Shown: positions 1-10,131 of the stretch, piece after piece
How positions within the stretch are numbered: the stretch's first letter is position 1
Layout of the letters: every line of letters begins with the position of its first letter
From: Octopus sinensis
Lineage: Eukaryota
Length of the DNA: 20,412 bases
Assembly: GCF_006345805.1 (NCBI RefSeq)
Contig: NW_021824273.1
Span: forward strand, 1 to 20,412
Direction: 5' to 3'
Position numbers and translations under genes: made by a program
The notes under the pieces: model-generated
What the model was told of the DNA's origin: nothing
The model's database searches: none
Seen by the model: the letters and a program-made list of their open reading frames with translations, nothing else

Positions 1-75
1 GTCAGACACATTGCTTCAATGAGGCCCAACGCTTGAAAGGTGCTTTTTTTGTGCCACCAGCATGAGTGCCAGATG
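1..75 (-). mobile_element. Fragment of SINE-like family C
   Basis: GGTGCTTTTTTTGTGCCACCAG (about 39-60) is close to the reverse complement of the family C motif CCGGTGGCACGTAAAAAGCACC seen at about 13939-13960. Confidence 0.4.
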
Positions 76-106
76 CCTCTGTGAGGCACAATTATATATA
101 AAACTT

Positions 107-130
107 TGTGTGTGTGTGTGTGTGTGTGTG
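107..130. repeat. (TG)n microsatellite
   Basis: Direct dinucleotide run. Confidence 0.95.
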
Positions 131-251
131 ACTTATGGGATTTTATAAAAATTTCTGTAAAATATTTCAATAAAATTATGCACAAAATATTTGTAATATC
201 TTTTTAGATTGCAATCGTTAGTTAAATTAAGAAGGAAATTAAGTAAAAGCC

Positions 252-296
252 AATAAATAAAATAAAATAAAATAAAATAAAATAAAATAAAATAAA
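252..296. repeat. (AAAAT)n pentanucleotide microsatellite
   Basis: Direct run of AATAA units. Confidence 0.95.
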
Positions 297-553
297 TTGT
301 TTAAGTTGTGAGTGATGATCTATACCTATTTTGGCAGCCTCCTGGAATTTGTCTGGGACACACAGACACACACATCCTAATACTTCATTACACAGCACTT
401 CATGTCTTCGCTCAATCCTTCCTCAGTTTGTCATCTCTTCGTTGTTTCACTCATAAGACTGCAACCAATCCTTGTCGAGCCCACCACCACTTTGAAGGGT
501 TTCAGTTGATCCTATCGGTGCCGATATTTATTTTAAAACATTTTATTTTAAAA

Positions 554-1008
554 CTCTTTTACTCTTTGACTTGTTTCAGTCATTTGACTGTGGCCATGCT
601 GGAGCACTGCCTTTAGTCGAGCAAATCGACCCCAGGACTTATTCTTTGGAAGCCTATTACTTATTCTATCGGTCTCTTTTGCCGAACTGCTAAGTTACAG
701 GGGATGTAAACACCAGCGTCGGTTGTCAAGCGATGTTGGGGGACAAACACAGACACACAAACATATACACACACATATATACATATATAAGACGGGCTTC
801 TTTCAGTTTCCATCTACCAAATCCACTCACAGGGCATTGGTCAGCCTGAAGCTATAGAAGACACTTGCCCAAGGTGCCATGCAATGGAACTGAACCCAGC
901 TTTGGTTGATGTGGGGCTATAGTAGAAGACACTTGTCCAAGATACTGTACAGTGGGATTGAACCTGGGACCACATGGCTGCCAAGCAAGCTTCTCAACCA
1001 CAGCCATG
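554..1008 (-). mobile_element. tRNA-derived SINE family A, with a duplicated and diverged head segment (about 901-1008)
   Basis: Matches the other family A copies here: tail CTCTTTTACTC..GTTTCAGTCATTTGACTG, body GGGCTTCTTTCAGTTTCC..AAATCCACTCAC and head AAGACACTTGCCCAAGGTGCCA..GAACC. The head block occurs twice. Confidence 0.85.
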
Positions 1009-1020
1009 GTTATGACTTCG

Positions 1021-1617
1021 TATCATCGTCGTCATCATTCTTTAGCATCTGCTTTCCATTCTGGTATGGGTTGGACGGTTTGACTGAGGACTGGCAAGCC
1101 AGGGGCCTGCACCAAGTTCCAGTCTGATTTGGCATGGTTTCTACAGCTGGATGGATGGAAGCACTCCGTCGGTTACGACGACGAGGGTTCCGGTTGATCC
1201 AATCAACGGAACAGCCTGCTTGTGAAATTAACGTGTAAGTGGCTGAGCACTCCACAGACGCGTGTACCCTTAACGTAATTCTCGGGGGGATATTCAGCGT
1301 GACACAGAGAGTGACAAGGCCGGCCTTTTGAAATACAGGTACAACAGAAACAGGAAGTAAGAGTGAGAGAAAGTTGTGGTGAAAGAGTACAGCAGGGATC
1401 ACTACCATCCCCTGCCGGAGCCTCGTGGAGCTTTTAGGTGTTTTCGCTCAATAAACACTCACAATGCCCGGTCTGGGAATTGAAGCCGCGATCCTATGAC
1501 CGCGAGTCTGCTGCCCTAACCACTGGGCCATTGCGCCTCCACGTCTACAGCTGGATACCCTACCTAATGCCAACCACTCCAAGAGTGTAATAGGTAATGG
1601 TTTACATGCCACTGGGA
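1021..1617 (-). mobile_element. SINE-like family C copy, interrupted by a family B SINE
   Basis: 1021-1152 and 1544-1617 join into the family C sequence (reverse of GGAAGGGCATCCAGCTGTAGAAAC..TGGTGCAG..CCGTCCAACCCAT). A degenerate (ATC)n tail lies at the left end. Confidence 0.8.
1153..1543 (-). mobile_element. tRNA-derived SINE family B, full length, with 13-bp TSD
   Basis: Minus-strand head GGAGGCGCAATGGCCCAGTGGTTAGGGCAGCAGACTCGCGGTCATAGGATCGCGGCTTCAATTCCC has an A box and a B-box-like motif and resembles tRNA-Arg. TCTACAGCTGGAT is repeated at 1140-1152 and 1544-1556. A second copy lies at 3393-3775. Confidence 0.9.
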
Positions 1618-1620
1618 TTA

Positions 1621-1848
1621 CTCTTTACTCTTTTACTCTTTTACTTGTTTCAGTCATTTGACTGCGGCCATGCTGGAGCACCGCCTTTAATCGAGCAACT
1701 CGACCCCCCGGACTTATTCTTTTGTAAGCCCAGTACTTATTCTATCGGTCTCTTTTGCCGAACTGCTAAGTAACGGGGACATAAACACACAGCATCGGTT
1801 GTCAAGCAATGCTAGGGAGACAAACACAAACGCACAAACACACACACG

Positions 1849-1850
<2 letters not shown>
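1621..1850 (-). mobile_element. SINE family A, 3' half only
   Basis: Tail half nearly identical to 6188-6420; it ends in a CA/TA microsatellite with no head. Confidence 0.85.
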
Positions 1851-1896
<46 letters not shown>

Positions 1897-2074
1897 ATAC
1901 AATTGCAGCGTGGAAGGTGTTTATAAGCCATTTAAGAAACACACAAAAGCCGTTCGATTCACTCCAACATTTAAGTTTAATTTGTCAAAATATTTTCGTC
2001 GCTAAAATCCGCGACCTGTTCACTGACAAAGTCCGTGCTGCATCTAAGAAAGTAACAGTTAGTTCGTCATATAT

Positions 2075-2890
2075 ATGTACGTATGTATGTGTGTATGTAT
2101 GCATGCATGTGTGTATGTATGTACGTATGCATGTACGCACATACGCCTGCATGTGCATGTATGTATGTATGTATGTATGTATGTATATATGTACGTGTGT
2201 GTATAAGCACGCACATACACTCTATAAAACATAAAGTTATAAACCTGTAGCGATGGATGGATGTAGAGTGACCACTCATCACAACGCTATCAATTTCAAC
2301 TCCCTAACCGAGGCTAGAAAGTGAATTTATGATGCTTGCTCACAAGAACTATACCCTAAAATCTATTATCAGATTTTTATCTCTATATCACAGAACTAAT
2401 GTTTTACTATTGTTCGTATGTATGTATGTTGTATGTATGTATGTATGTGTGTGTGTATGTATGTATGTATGTATGTATGTATGTATGTATGTATGTATGT
2501 GTGTATGTATGCATGCATGTGTGTATGTAATGTACGTATGCATGTACGCACATACGCCTGCATGTGCATGTATGTATGTAGTATGTATGTATGTATATTA
2601 TGTACGTGTGTGTATAAGCACGCACATACACTCTATAAAACATAAAGTTATAAACCTGTAGCGATGGATGGATGTAGAGTGACCACTCATCACAACGCTA
2701 TCAAATTTCAACTCCCTACCACGAGGGCTAGAAAGTGAATTATGATGCTTGCTCACAAGAACTATACCCCCTAAAATCTATTATCTTTTATATCTCTATC
2801 ACAGAACTAATGTTTTACTATTGTTCGTATGTATGTATGTATGTATGTATGTATGTATGTGTGTGTGTATGTTGTATGTATGTATTATGT
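2075..2890. repeat. Direct tandem duplication, period about 411 bp, containing (TATG)n microsatellites
   Basis: TCTATAAAACATAAAGTTATAAACCTGTAGCGATGG starts at 2221 and 2632, and the unique stretch to ..TTGTTCGTATG is repeated. The differences are mostly small indels. Confidence 0.85.
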
Positions 2891-2997
2891 ATGTATGTAT
2901 GTATGCATGTGTGTATGTACATACGTACGCATGTGCGTATGTATGTATACGCGCTCGTATATGTCCATGTATGTGTGTGCGTACATGTACGTGCGTA

Positions 2998-3031
<34 letters not shown>

Positions 3032-3061
3032 CATATATATATTATACAATATACATATATG

Positions 3062-3119
3062 CATGGCACCTTGGGCAAGTGTCTTCTACTATAGCTCCGG
3101 GTCGACGAAAGCCTTGTGA
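3062..3119 (+). mobile_element. SINE family A internal fragment
   Basis: GGCACCTTGGGCAAGTGTCTTCTACTATAGC..AAAGCCTTGTGA matches the family A body. Confidence 0.75.
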
Positions 3120-3152
3120 TGTAGATTATATATATATGTATATATATATATG

Positions 3153-3188
<36 letters not shown>

Positions 3189-3190
<2 letters not shown>

Positions 3191-3352
3191 GACGGGCTTC
3201 TTTCAGTTTCCGTCTACCAAATCCACTCACAAGGCTTTGGTCGGCCCGGAGCTATAGTAGAAGAAACTGGCCAAAGGTGCCACGCAGTGGGACTGAACCC
3301 GGAACCACGTGGTTGGTAAACAAGCTACTTACCACACAGCCACTCCTGCGCC
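3189..3352 (-). mobile_element. SINE family A, 5' half with tRNA-like head
   Basis: Minus strand reads GGCGCAGGAGTGGCTGTGTGGTAAGTAGCTTG..GGTTCCGGGTTCAGTCCCACTGCGTGGCACCT, with A-box-like TGGCTGTGTGG and B-box-like GGTTCAGTCCC. Confidence 0.85.
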
Positions 3353-3392
3353 GGATTGGCCATGATTACGATTTCACTTGGCATATCACCAT

Positions 3393-3775
3393 GGAAGCAC
3401 TCTGTCGGTTATGACGATGAGGGTTCCGGTTGATCCGATCAACGGAACAGCCTGCTCGTGAAATTAACGTGCAAGTGGCTGAGCACTCCACAGACACGTG
3501 TACCCTTAACGTAGTTCTCGGGGATATTCAGCGTGACACAGAGAGTGACAAGGCCGGCCCCTTGAAATACAGGTACAACAGAAACAGGAAGTAAGAGTGA
3601 GAGGAAGTTGTGGTGAAAGAGTACAGCAGGGATCACCACCATCCCCTGCCGGAGCCTCGTGGAGCTTTTAGGTGTTTTCGCTCAATAAACACTCACAACG
3701 CCCGGTCCTGGAATCGAAACCGCGATCCTATGACCGCGAGTCCGCTGCCCTAACCACAGGGCCATTGCGCCTCCT
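3393..3775 (-). mobile_element. tRNA-derived SINE family B, full length, with 11-bp TSD
   Basis: Highly similar to 1153-1543. CATATCACCAT is repeated at 3382-3392 and 3776-3786. Confidence 0.9.
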
Positions 3776-3889
3776 CATATCACCATAGGTCTCAGTCACT
3801 TGTCATCACCTCCGTGAGGCCGAATGTTTGAAGATCATGCTTGACCTCGTCCCATGTTTTCCTGGGTGGACTTCCTCCACAGGTTCCCT

Positions 3890-3891
<2 letters not shown>

Positions 3892-3923
<32 letters not shown>
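3892..3923. repeat. (AG)n microsatellite
   Basis: Direct dinucleotide run. Confidence 0.95.
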
Positions 3924-3928
<5 letters not shown>

Positions 3929-3939
3929 TGGGATATGCA

Positions 3940-4097
3940 CAGTTTCCATCTAGAGAAATTCCAACCACAAGGAATCCGTTGGTTTGAAGATTCAACTGTA
4001 AAAAGAAAAGCACTTGGTCGAGATGCCATGCAGTGGGATTGAACCTGGAACTGTAAGGTGGAGTCGAAACGAACTTGTAAACCACATGGCTATGCCT
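3940..4097 (-). mobile_element. Old, diverged SINE A-like copy (head and body)
   Basis: CAGTTTCCATCTA..CCACAAGG..GATGCCATGCAGTGGGATTGAACCTGGAAC..ACCACATGGCTATGCCT is collinear with the family A 5' half. Confidence 0.6.
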
Positions 4098-4554
4098 AAC
4101 TCCCCAAACTCCTCCCCTGTATGATTACATGAAAATCTTGGAATCTTAACTGTTTACACATATTTGTCAATTTAGTTTAATTCCTCCTCTAGTATTTATT
4201 AATGTTGTCGAATTTCTAACGAGAAAGAAAAAAAAATGCCAGCAAACAAAAGATGAGTGACAAATAAAATAACATAAACAAAAATAGCAAAACAATAATA
4301 TAGCTTGAATTATTCAAATTTAGGTGACCTAATTAAAGGAGCGAAAATATATAGTACATTAAGTGGAGAGAGAGGGTGAGAGGGTTGGTGGGCAGAAGGT
4401 GGTGGGCAGATATGGTGTTCTGTGAGAGCATGTGCTTGTGTGTGTGGTGTAGTTTTAGAAAATATCGGCATAATTCCGACAAAAAATACTCATCACGAGA
4501 GAAAGAATATATAATATATATAAACCTTTTTTCACACACACACATGTATATATA

Positions 4555-4587
<33 letters not shown>

Positions 4588-4721
4588 CATCATCATGTGT
4601 GTGTATATATATATATGTATATAGGTCTTCGGCCTAATTTTCTCATACATGCCTCTATACAAATAATATATATATATTTATATTGTTGTATTTAGGAATG
4701 GTCAAGTAAAATAGCAGTCAT

Positions 4722-4905
4722 GGCAGATACTGGTGTCGCGTAAGAGCACCCATTACACTCTCGGAGTGGTTGGTGTTAGGAAGGGCATCCAGCTGTAGAA
4801 GCCATGCCAAATCAGACTGGAGTCTGGTGCAGCCTTCCTGCTTGTCAGACTTGGTTAAACCATCCAACCCATGCTAGCATGGACAACGGAGGTAAAATCA
4901 TGATG
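4722..4905 (+). mobile_element. SINE-like family C, 5'-truncated
   Basis: GGAGTGGTTGGTGTTAGGAAGGGCATCCAGCTGTAGAA..CCATCCAACCCATGCTAGCATGG followed by a short (ATG)n tail. Confidence 0.8.
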
Positions 4906-4915
4906 ATTATATATA

Positions 4916-4953
<38 letters not shown>

Positions 4954-4954
4954 C

Positions 4955-5361
4955 AGGCGTAGGAGTGGCTGTGTGGTAAGTAGCTTGTTTACAAACCACT
5001 TGGTTCCAGGTTCAGTCCCACTGTGTGACACCCTGGTCAAAGCCTCGGGCCGACCAAAGCCTTGTGAGTGGATTTGGTAGATGAAGAAAGAAAGAAGCTC
5101 GTCATATATGTATATATATGTATATGTATGTATGTATGTGTGTATACGTTTGTGCGTCTGTCTTTGTCCCCTCAACATCACTTGACAACCGATGCTGGTG
5201 TGTTTACGTCCCAGTAACTTAGCGGTTCGGCAAAAGAGACCGATAGAATAATTACTAGGCTTACAAAGAATAAGTCTTGGCGTTGGTGATTTGCTCGACT
5301 AATGGCGGTGCTCCAGCATGGCCACATTCAAATGACTGAAACATGAAAAAGAGTAAAAGAG
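4955..5361 (+). mobile_element. SINE family A, full length
   Basis: Head AGGCGTAGGAGTGGCTGTGTGG..GGTTCAGTCCC, then body, internal TA/TG microsatellite and 3' end ..GACTGAAACATGAAAAAGAGTAAAAGAG. Confidence 0.9.
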
Positions 5362-5368
5362 TATATAC

Positions 5369-5401
<33 letters not shown>

Positions 5402-5742
5402 CGTATAGGCTCTTTTGATCTAGTGTGTGTATGCATTGTGAGTGTGTGTTCCAAAATATCAACAGACCCCGTGTACTTGTGTGTGTGCGTACATATTTTC
5501 ACATATATATATATATCTATATTTGTGTATGTTTACAAAGAAACTGTTGACATTCTGGAATATATATTTGTTTGCGTGTCTCCCTGCGTGCAAAAACTAA
5601 AACAATCTTGAAGCAAATTATTCGTGTCGGGGCAGAGGGGGTGGTAAGAAGAAGCGTAGCCTCGTGCCAGTTAAGTGTCTTTTACTGTTTATATAACGTA
5701 AAACATTCTTTAATGTATGTGAAGGTATCTAGCCTAAATTCC

Positions 5743-5773
<31 letters not shown>

Positions 5774-6153
5774 CATTTAGTGAGGGAAGAAATGGAGCTG
5801 AACGAAGATTTTACAAAATTCCTTTTTATTATTTTCTACACATGTTTCAAAGGCTGCAAATTCCCTAATTCGGATTGAATAAGGAGACTGTTCTGCAGCT
5901 TTCTCTTCAGGAAAATCCAGGAACTTAAATCTCCAAACAAATGCGCAGCAAGCTTTTCGAACAAACGCTCCCTAGGAGCCCATGGTATGAATGGCACATA
6001 TATAAAACTTCAATTATCCGCACTAAGGCACGGTTGCGACACCCCATGGTCGTAACCTCAACCGTGATTTTTCTGTTGTGATTTTTGCTACCCAGGTATC
6101 GGTTAAATTTTGAATAATCCTTAACAAGATAATTCATTTATCCATTTCAATAA

Positions 6154-6187
<34 letters not shown>

Positions 6188-6605
6188 CTCTTTTACTCTT
6201 TTACTTGTTTCAGTCATTTGACTGCGGCCATGCTGGAGCACCGCCTTTAATCGAGCAACTCAACCCCCCGGACTTATTCTTTTGTAAGCCCAGTACTTAT
6301 TCTATCGGTCTCTTTTGCCGAACTGCTAAGTGACGGGGACATAAACACACCAGCATCGGTTGTCACGCAATGCTAGGGGGACAAACACAGACACACAAAC
6401 ATACACGCACACACACACACACATAAATATATATATATACATATATACGACGGGCTTCTTTCAGTTTCCGTCTACCAAATCCACTCACAAGGCATTGGTC
6501 AGCCCGGGGCTATAGCAGAAGACACTTGTCCAAGGTGCCATGCAGTGGGACTGAACCCGGAACCATATGGTTGGTTAGCAAGCTACTTACCACACAGCCA
6601 CTCTT
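6188..6605 (-). mobile_element. SINE family A, near full length
   Basis: Collinear reverse complement of 4955-5361. Confidence 0.9.
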
Positions 6606-6612
6606 GTATATA

Positions 6613-6766
6613 CTCTTTACTCTTTTACTCTTTTACTTGTTTCAGTCATTTGACTGCGGCCATGCTGGAGCACCGCCTGTAAACGAGCAACTCGACCCCC
6701 GGACTTATTCTTTTGTAAGCCCAGTACTTCTTCTATCGGTCTCTTACCACACAGCCACTCCTGCGC

Positions 6767-6769
<3 letters not shown>
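6613..6769 (-). mobile_element. SINE family A, internally deleted copy
   Basis: The tail segment ends at CTATCGGTCTC and joins directly to the extreme head TTACCACACAGCCACTCCTGCGCCT. Confidence 0.75.
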
Positions 6770-6796
<27 letters not shown>

Positions 6797-6798
<2 letters not shown>

Positions 6799-7078
6799 CA
6801 ACAATCAAGGAACGGCCATAATAGGCCATTCACCCACTAGAAATAACAGCCAAAGCTTCAACCGCAAATAAAAATTAATTCCGTAAACCAGGAGAAAATT
6901 TAAAAAACATTTACCCTGTAAATTTACAGGGTAAATGTTTTTTTAATTTTTTAAAATTTTCTCCTGGTTTTTTAAATTTTTTCCTGGTTTACGGAATTAA
7001 TCTTTATTTGCGGTTGAAGCTTTGGCTGTTATTTCTAGTGGGTGAATGGCCTATTATGGCCGTTCCTTGATTGTTGAT
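6797..7078. repeat. Long spacerless inverted repeat (fold-back palindrome)
   Basis: The centre CATTTACCCTGTAAA|TTTACAGGGTAAATG (6908-6937) has no loop. The outer arms of about 95 bp (from 6797 and to 7078) are complementary except for one mismatch. The right arm carries about 30 extra, partly duplicated bases. Confidence 0.9.
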
Positions 7079-7177
7079 GTTGAACTTAAAAATGGTCTAT
7101 GACTATTTAATTTTTTCCCACTAGGCCGCTGGTGGCAAAAAAATTCTACAAAATTTTTTTTTGCCACCCTATATTGA

Positions 7178-7213
<36 letters not shown>

Positions 7214-7244
7214 ATATATATACACACACATACTCTCATGCACA

Positions 7245-7465
7245 CACGCGGGGTGCTGAAAAGTTTCTGGCTTTAAGGGTATCGCAAAAGGCCTGGCTGG
7301 AGGCTCAGCCTTCCGAAATCTTTTACAGGGGTTAGAAAATATGAAGGACCACTGCAATAAGTGTGTGGATCTGAGAGGGGAATATGTTGAATAAAATCAT
7401 GATCAACCGATCCTTTTGTAATTTTCTCTTATCCAAAGCCGGGAGCTATTCAGCATCTCCTTGTA
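7245..7465 (+). mobile_element. Internally deleted mariner (Tc1/mariner) element, MITE-like
   Basis: Imperfect ~30-bp TIRs CACGCGGGGTGCTGAAAAGTTTCTGGCTTT (7245-7274) and AAAGCCGGGAGCTATTCAGCATCTCCTTGTA (7435-7465), ending in TA. The interior encodes AWLEAQPSEIFYRG, a frameshift, then [20 protein letters not shown] (stop 7392-7394), resembling the mariner transposase C-terminus. Confidence 0.8.
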
Positions 7466-7672
7466 TATGTGTATGTATGTATGTATATATATATATATAT
7501 ATACATGTATATATGTATGTATATATATGCATGTATATATGTATGTATATATATATATATATACATGTATATATATATGTATATATGTGTTTATGTATGT
7601 ATATATATGCATGTATATATGTATGTATATATGTATGTGTGTGTGTATGTATGTATATATATATATACATGT

Positions 7673-7712
<40 letters not shown>

Positions 7713-7729
7713 GCATGTATATATGTATG

Positions 7730-7772
<43 letters not shown>

Positions 7773-7789
7773 ATGTATATATATGCATG

Positions 7790-7847
<58 letters not shown>
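7466..7847. repeat. Compound (TA)/(TATG)/(TG) microsatellite
   Basis: Low-complexity run that produces the YIYI/CVCV pseudo-ORFs. Confidence 0.95.
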
Positions 7848-7851
<4 letters not shown>

Positions 7852-8190
7852 AGGCGCATGGCTCAGTGGTTAGAGTGTCGAGCTTACGATCGTGAGGTTG
7901 TGAGCTCGAATCCCGGACCGGGCTGCGTGTTGTGTTCTTGAGCAAAGCACTTTATTTCACGTTGCTCCAGTTCACTCAGCTGTAGAAATGAGTTGCGACG
8001 TCACTGGTGCCAAGCTGTATCGGCCCTTGCCTTTCCCTTGGATAACACTGGTGGCGTGGAGAGGCGAGGCTGGTATGCATGGGCGACTGCTGGTCTTCCA
8101 TAAACAACCTTGCCCGGACTTGTGTCTAGGAGGGTAACTTTCTAGGTGCAATCCCATGGTTATTCATGACCGAAGGGGGTCTTTACCCCC
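7852..8190 (+). mobile_element. tRNA-derived CORE-type SINE
   Basis: A box TGGCTCAGTGG (7859-7869) and B-box-like GAGCTCGAATCC (7902-7913). 7932-7992 (GTGTTCTTGAGCAAAGCACTTTATTTCACGTTGCTCCAGTTCACTCAGCTGTAGAAATGAG) aligns by eye to the MIR/CORE consensus (GTGACCTTGGGCAAGTCACTTAACCTCTCTGTGCCTCAGTTTCCTCATCTGTAAAATGG, from memory). Confidence 0.7.
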
Positions 8191-8267
8191 TTTTTTTATA
8201 TATATATATGCATGTATATATGTATGTGTATGTATATATATGCATGTATATATGTATGTATGTGAAT

Positions 8268-8328
<61 letters not shown>

Positions 8329-8331
<3 letters not shown>

Positions 8332-8560
8332 TTAGAGCTGTGGACTTGCAGTTGAGGGGTTGTGGGTTCGAATCTCAGACCGGGCAATGTGTATTTTTAT
8401 GAGCGAAACACCTAAGCTCCACGCGGCTCCAGCAAAAGGTAATGGGGAACTTCTGCTGACTCTTTCTCTCACTCTCTCCTCCTGCATGCAGCAGCTCACC
8501 TGTGATAGACCAGCATCCCATCCAGGTGGGGAATGAAACAAGGAAAGCAGTCCTTATGAG
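8329..8560 (+). mobile_element. Diverged tRNA-headed SINE related to family B at its 5' part
   Basis: GGTTAGAGCTGTGGACTTGCAG..GGGTTCGAATCTCAGACCGGGC..GAGCGAAACACCTAAGCTCCACGCGGCTCC matches the family B head. The downstream part (..GACCAGCATCCCATCCAGGTGGGG) differs from B. Confidence 0.65.
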
Positions 8561-8690
8561 CCAAGCATGGCTTGATAAGGAACAAACACCAACAATATAT
8601 ACACACACACACAGACACACATGACAAATTTCTATCAGTATCTGTCTATGAAATCCACTCACTAAGACTTAATTGGCCTAGGGCTATACA

Positions 8691-8905
8691 CTCTTTACTC
8701 TTTTACTTGTTTCAGTCATTTGACTGTGGCCATGCTGGAGCACTGCCTTTAATCGAGCAACTCGACGCCGGGACTTATTCTTTTTGTAAGCCCAGTACTT
8801 ATTCTATCGGTCCCTTTTGCCGAACTGCTAAGTAACGGGAACATAAACACACCAGCATCGGTTGTCAAGCAATGCTAGGGGGACAAACACAGACACACAA
8901 ACACA
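8691..8905 (-). mobile_element. SINE family A, 3' half
   Basis: Same tail block as 1621-1850. Confidence 0.85.
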
Positions 8906-8934
8906 CACATGCATATATATATATATGTGTGTGT

Positions 8935-9003
<69 letters not shown>

Positions 9004-9218
9004 TAATAAGAGAGAGACCACATGTGGTCACTCTAACACTAGAAATAGATCCGCAATATCTAGCGTTCTCTCTCTTATTACTTTTATTAATAATTTTTAC
9101 TGTATCCCAGTTTTTTTCGCTAGGCCACTTGGTGTTTTAAATTGATGTTATTAATTAATATTCAAATTTTTTCACCCTTATCATGATTTTATATATATAT
9201 ATATATATACATATATAT

Positions 9219-9376
9219 GACGGGCTTCTTTCAGTTTCCGTCTACCAAATCCACACACAAGGCTTTGGTCGGCCCGAGGCTATAGCAGAAGACACTTGCC
9301 CAAGGTGCCACGCAGTGGGACTGAACTCAGAACCATGTGGTTGGTTAGCAAGCTACTTACCACACAGCCACTCCTG
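9219..9376 (-). mobile_element. SINE family A, 5' half
   Basis: Same head and body block as 3189-3352. Confidence 0.85.
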
Positions 9377-9402
9377 TATATATATATATACACACACACA
9401 TA

Positions 9403-9493
9403 CTCTCTTTTGCCGAACCGCTAAGTGACGGGGACATAAACACACCAGCATCGGTTGTCAAGCAATGCTAGGGGGACAAACACAGACACACAA

Positions 9494-9532
<39 letters not shown>

Positions 9533-9806
9533 CATATATACGACGGGCTTCTTTTCAGTTTCCGTCTACCAAATCCACTCACAAGGCATTCGTCGGCCCG
9601 AGGCTATAGTAGAAGACACTTGCCCAAGGTGCCACGCAGTGGGACTGAACCCGGAACCATGTGGTTGGTAAGCAAGCTACTTACCACACAGCCACTCCTG
9701 TGCCGATAGTGGAAGATACTTGCCCAAGGTGCTATGTATTGGGACTGAACCTGGAACCATGAGGTTGGGAAAGAAGCGTATTACCACACAACCACACATG
9801 CACCTC
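9403..9806 (-). mobile_element. SINE family A (3'-truncated, 9403-9704) plus a diverged extra head (about 9705-9806)
   Basis: Collinear with the other A copies. The head block GAAGATACTTGCCCAAGGTGC..GAACCTGGAACCAT..TTACCACACAACC is repeated after the first head. Confidence 0.8.
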
Positions 9807-9911
9807 TATTTTAGGATTTTTTTTTTTTTTTAATTTGGGGTGGGATATTGTTCTCTTCTCCTTTTATGCAAACTGTCAAATTTAGCCCAACCACCTTGAA
9901 CAGCCATTCCT

Positions 9912-10080
9912 AGACTCCAATGAGGGTGCAACCAGAGGGCGCACACTCTCCTAGCTTGATGTAATCTCCAGGGATACAGGCATCCAGCAACAGGACCTCC
10001 GTAATGCTATGATGGACAGTGAAGTCTGGCGTAGCATGGTAAATTCCATCGTCTCAACCACGGTCGAAGAATGATGGTGA

Positions 10081-10131
<51 letters not shown>

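Noticed and set aside
1010-1408. 132-aa ORF and its near-identical counterpart at 3439-3642
   Set aside because: Both lie within family B SINE copies and are not conserved in length between copies.
1470-1540. Functional tRNA genes (also 3700-3775, 4955-5030, 7852-7920, 17140-17230)
   Set aside because: A/B-box-like motifs are present, but the acceptor and anticodon stems do not pair properly, and each continues into a repeated SINE body.
5925-6137. 70-aa minus-strand ORF in non-repetitive sequence
   Set aside because: It is short, has no recognisable motif, and is within chance expectation.
9011-9034. Short palindrome AGAGAGACCACATGTGGTCACTCT
   Set aside because: It has only a 7-bp perfect arm, is isolated, and has no TSD or second copy.
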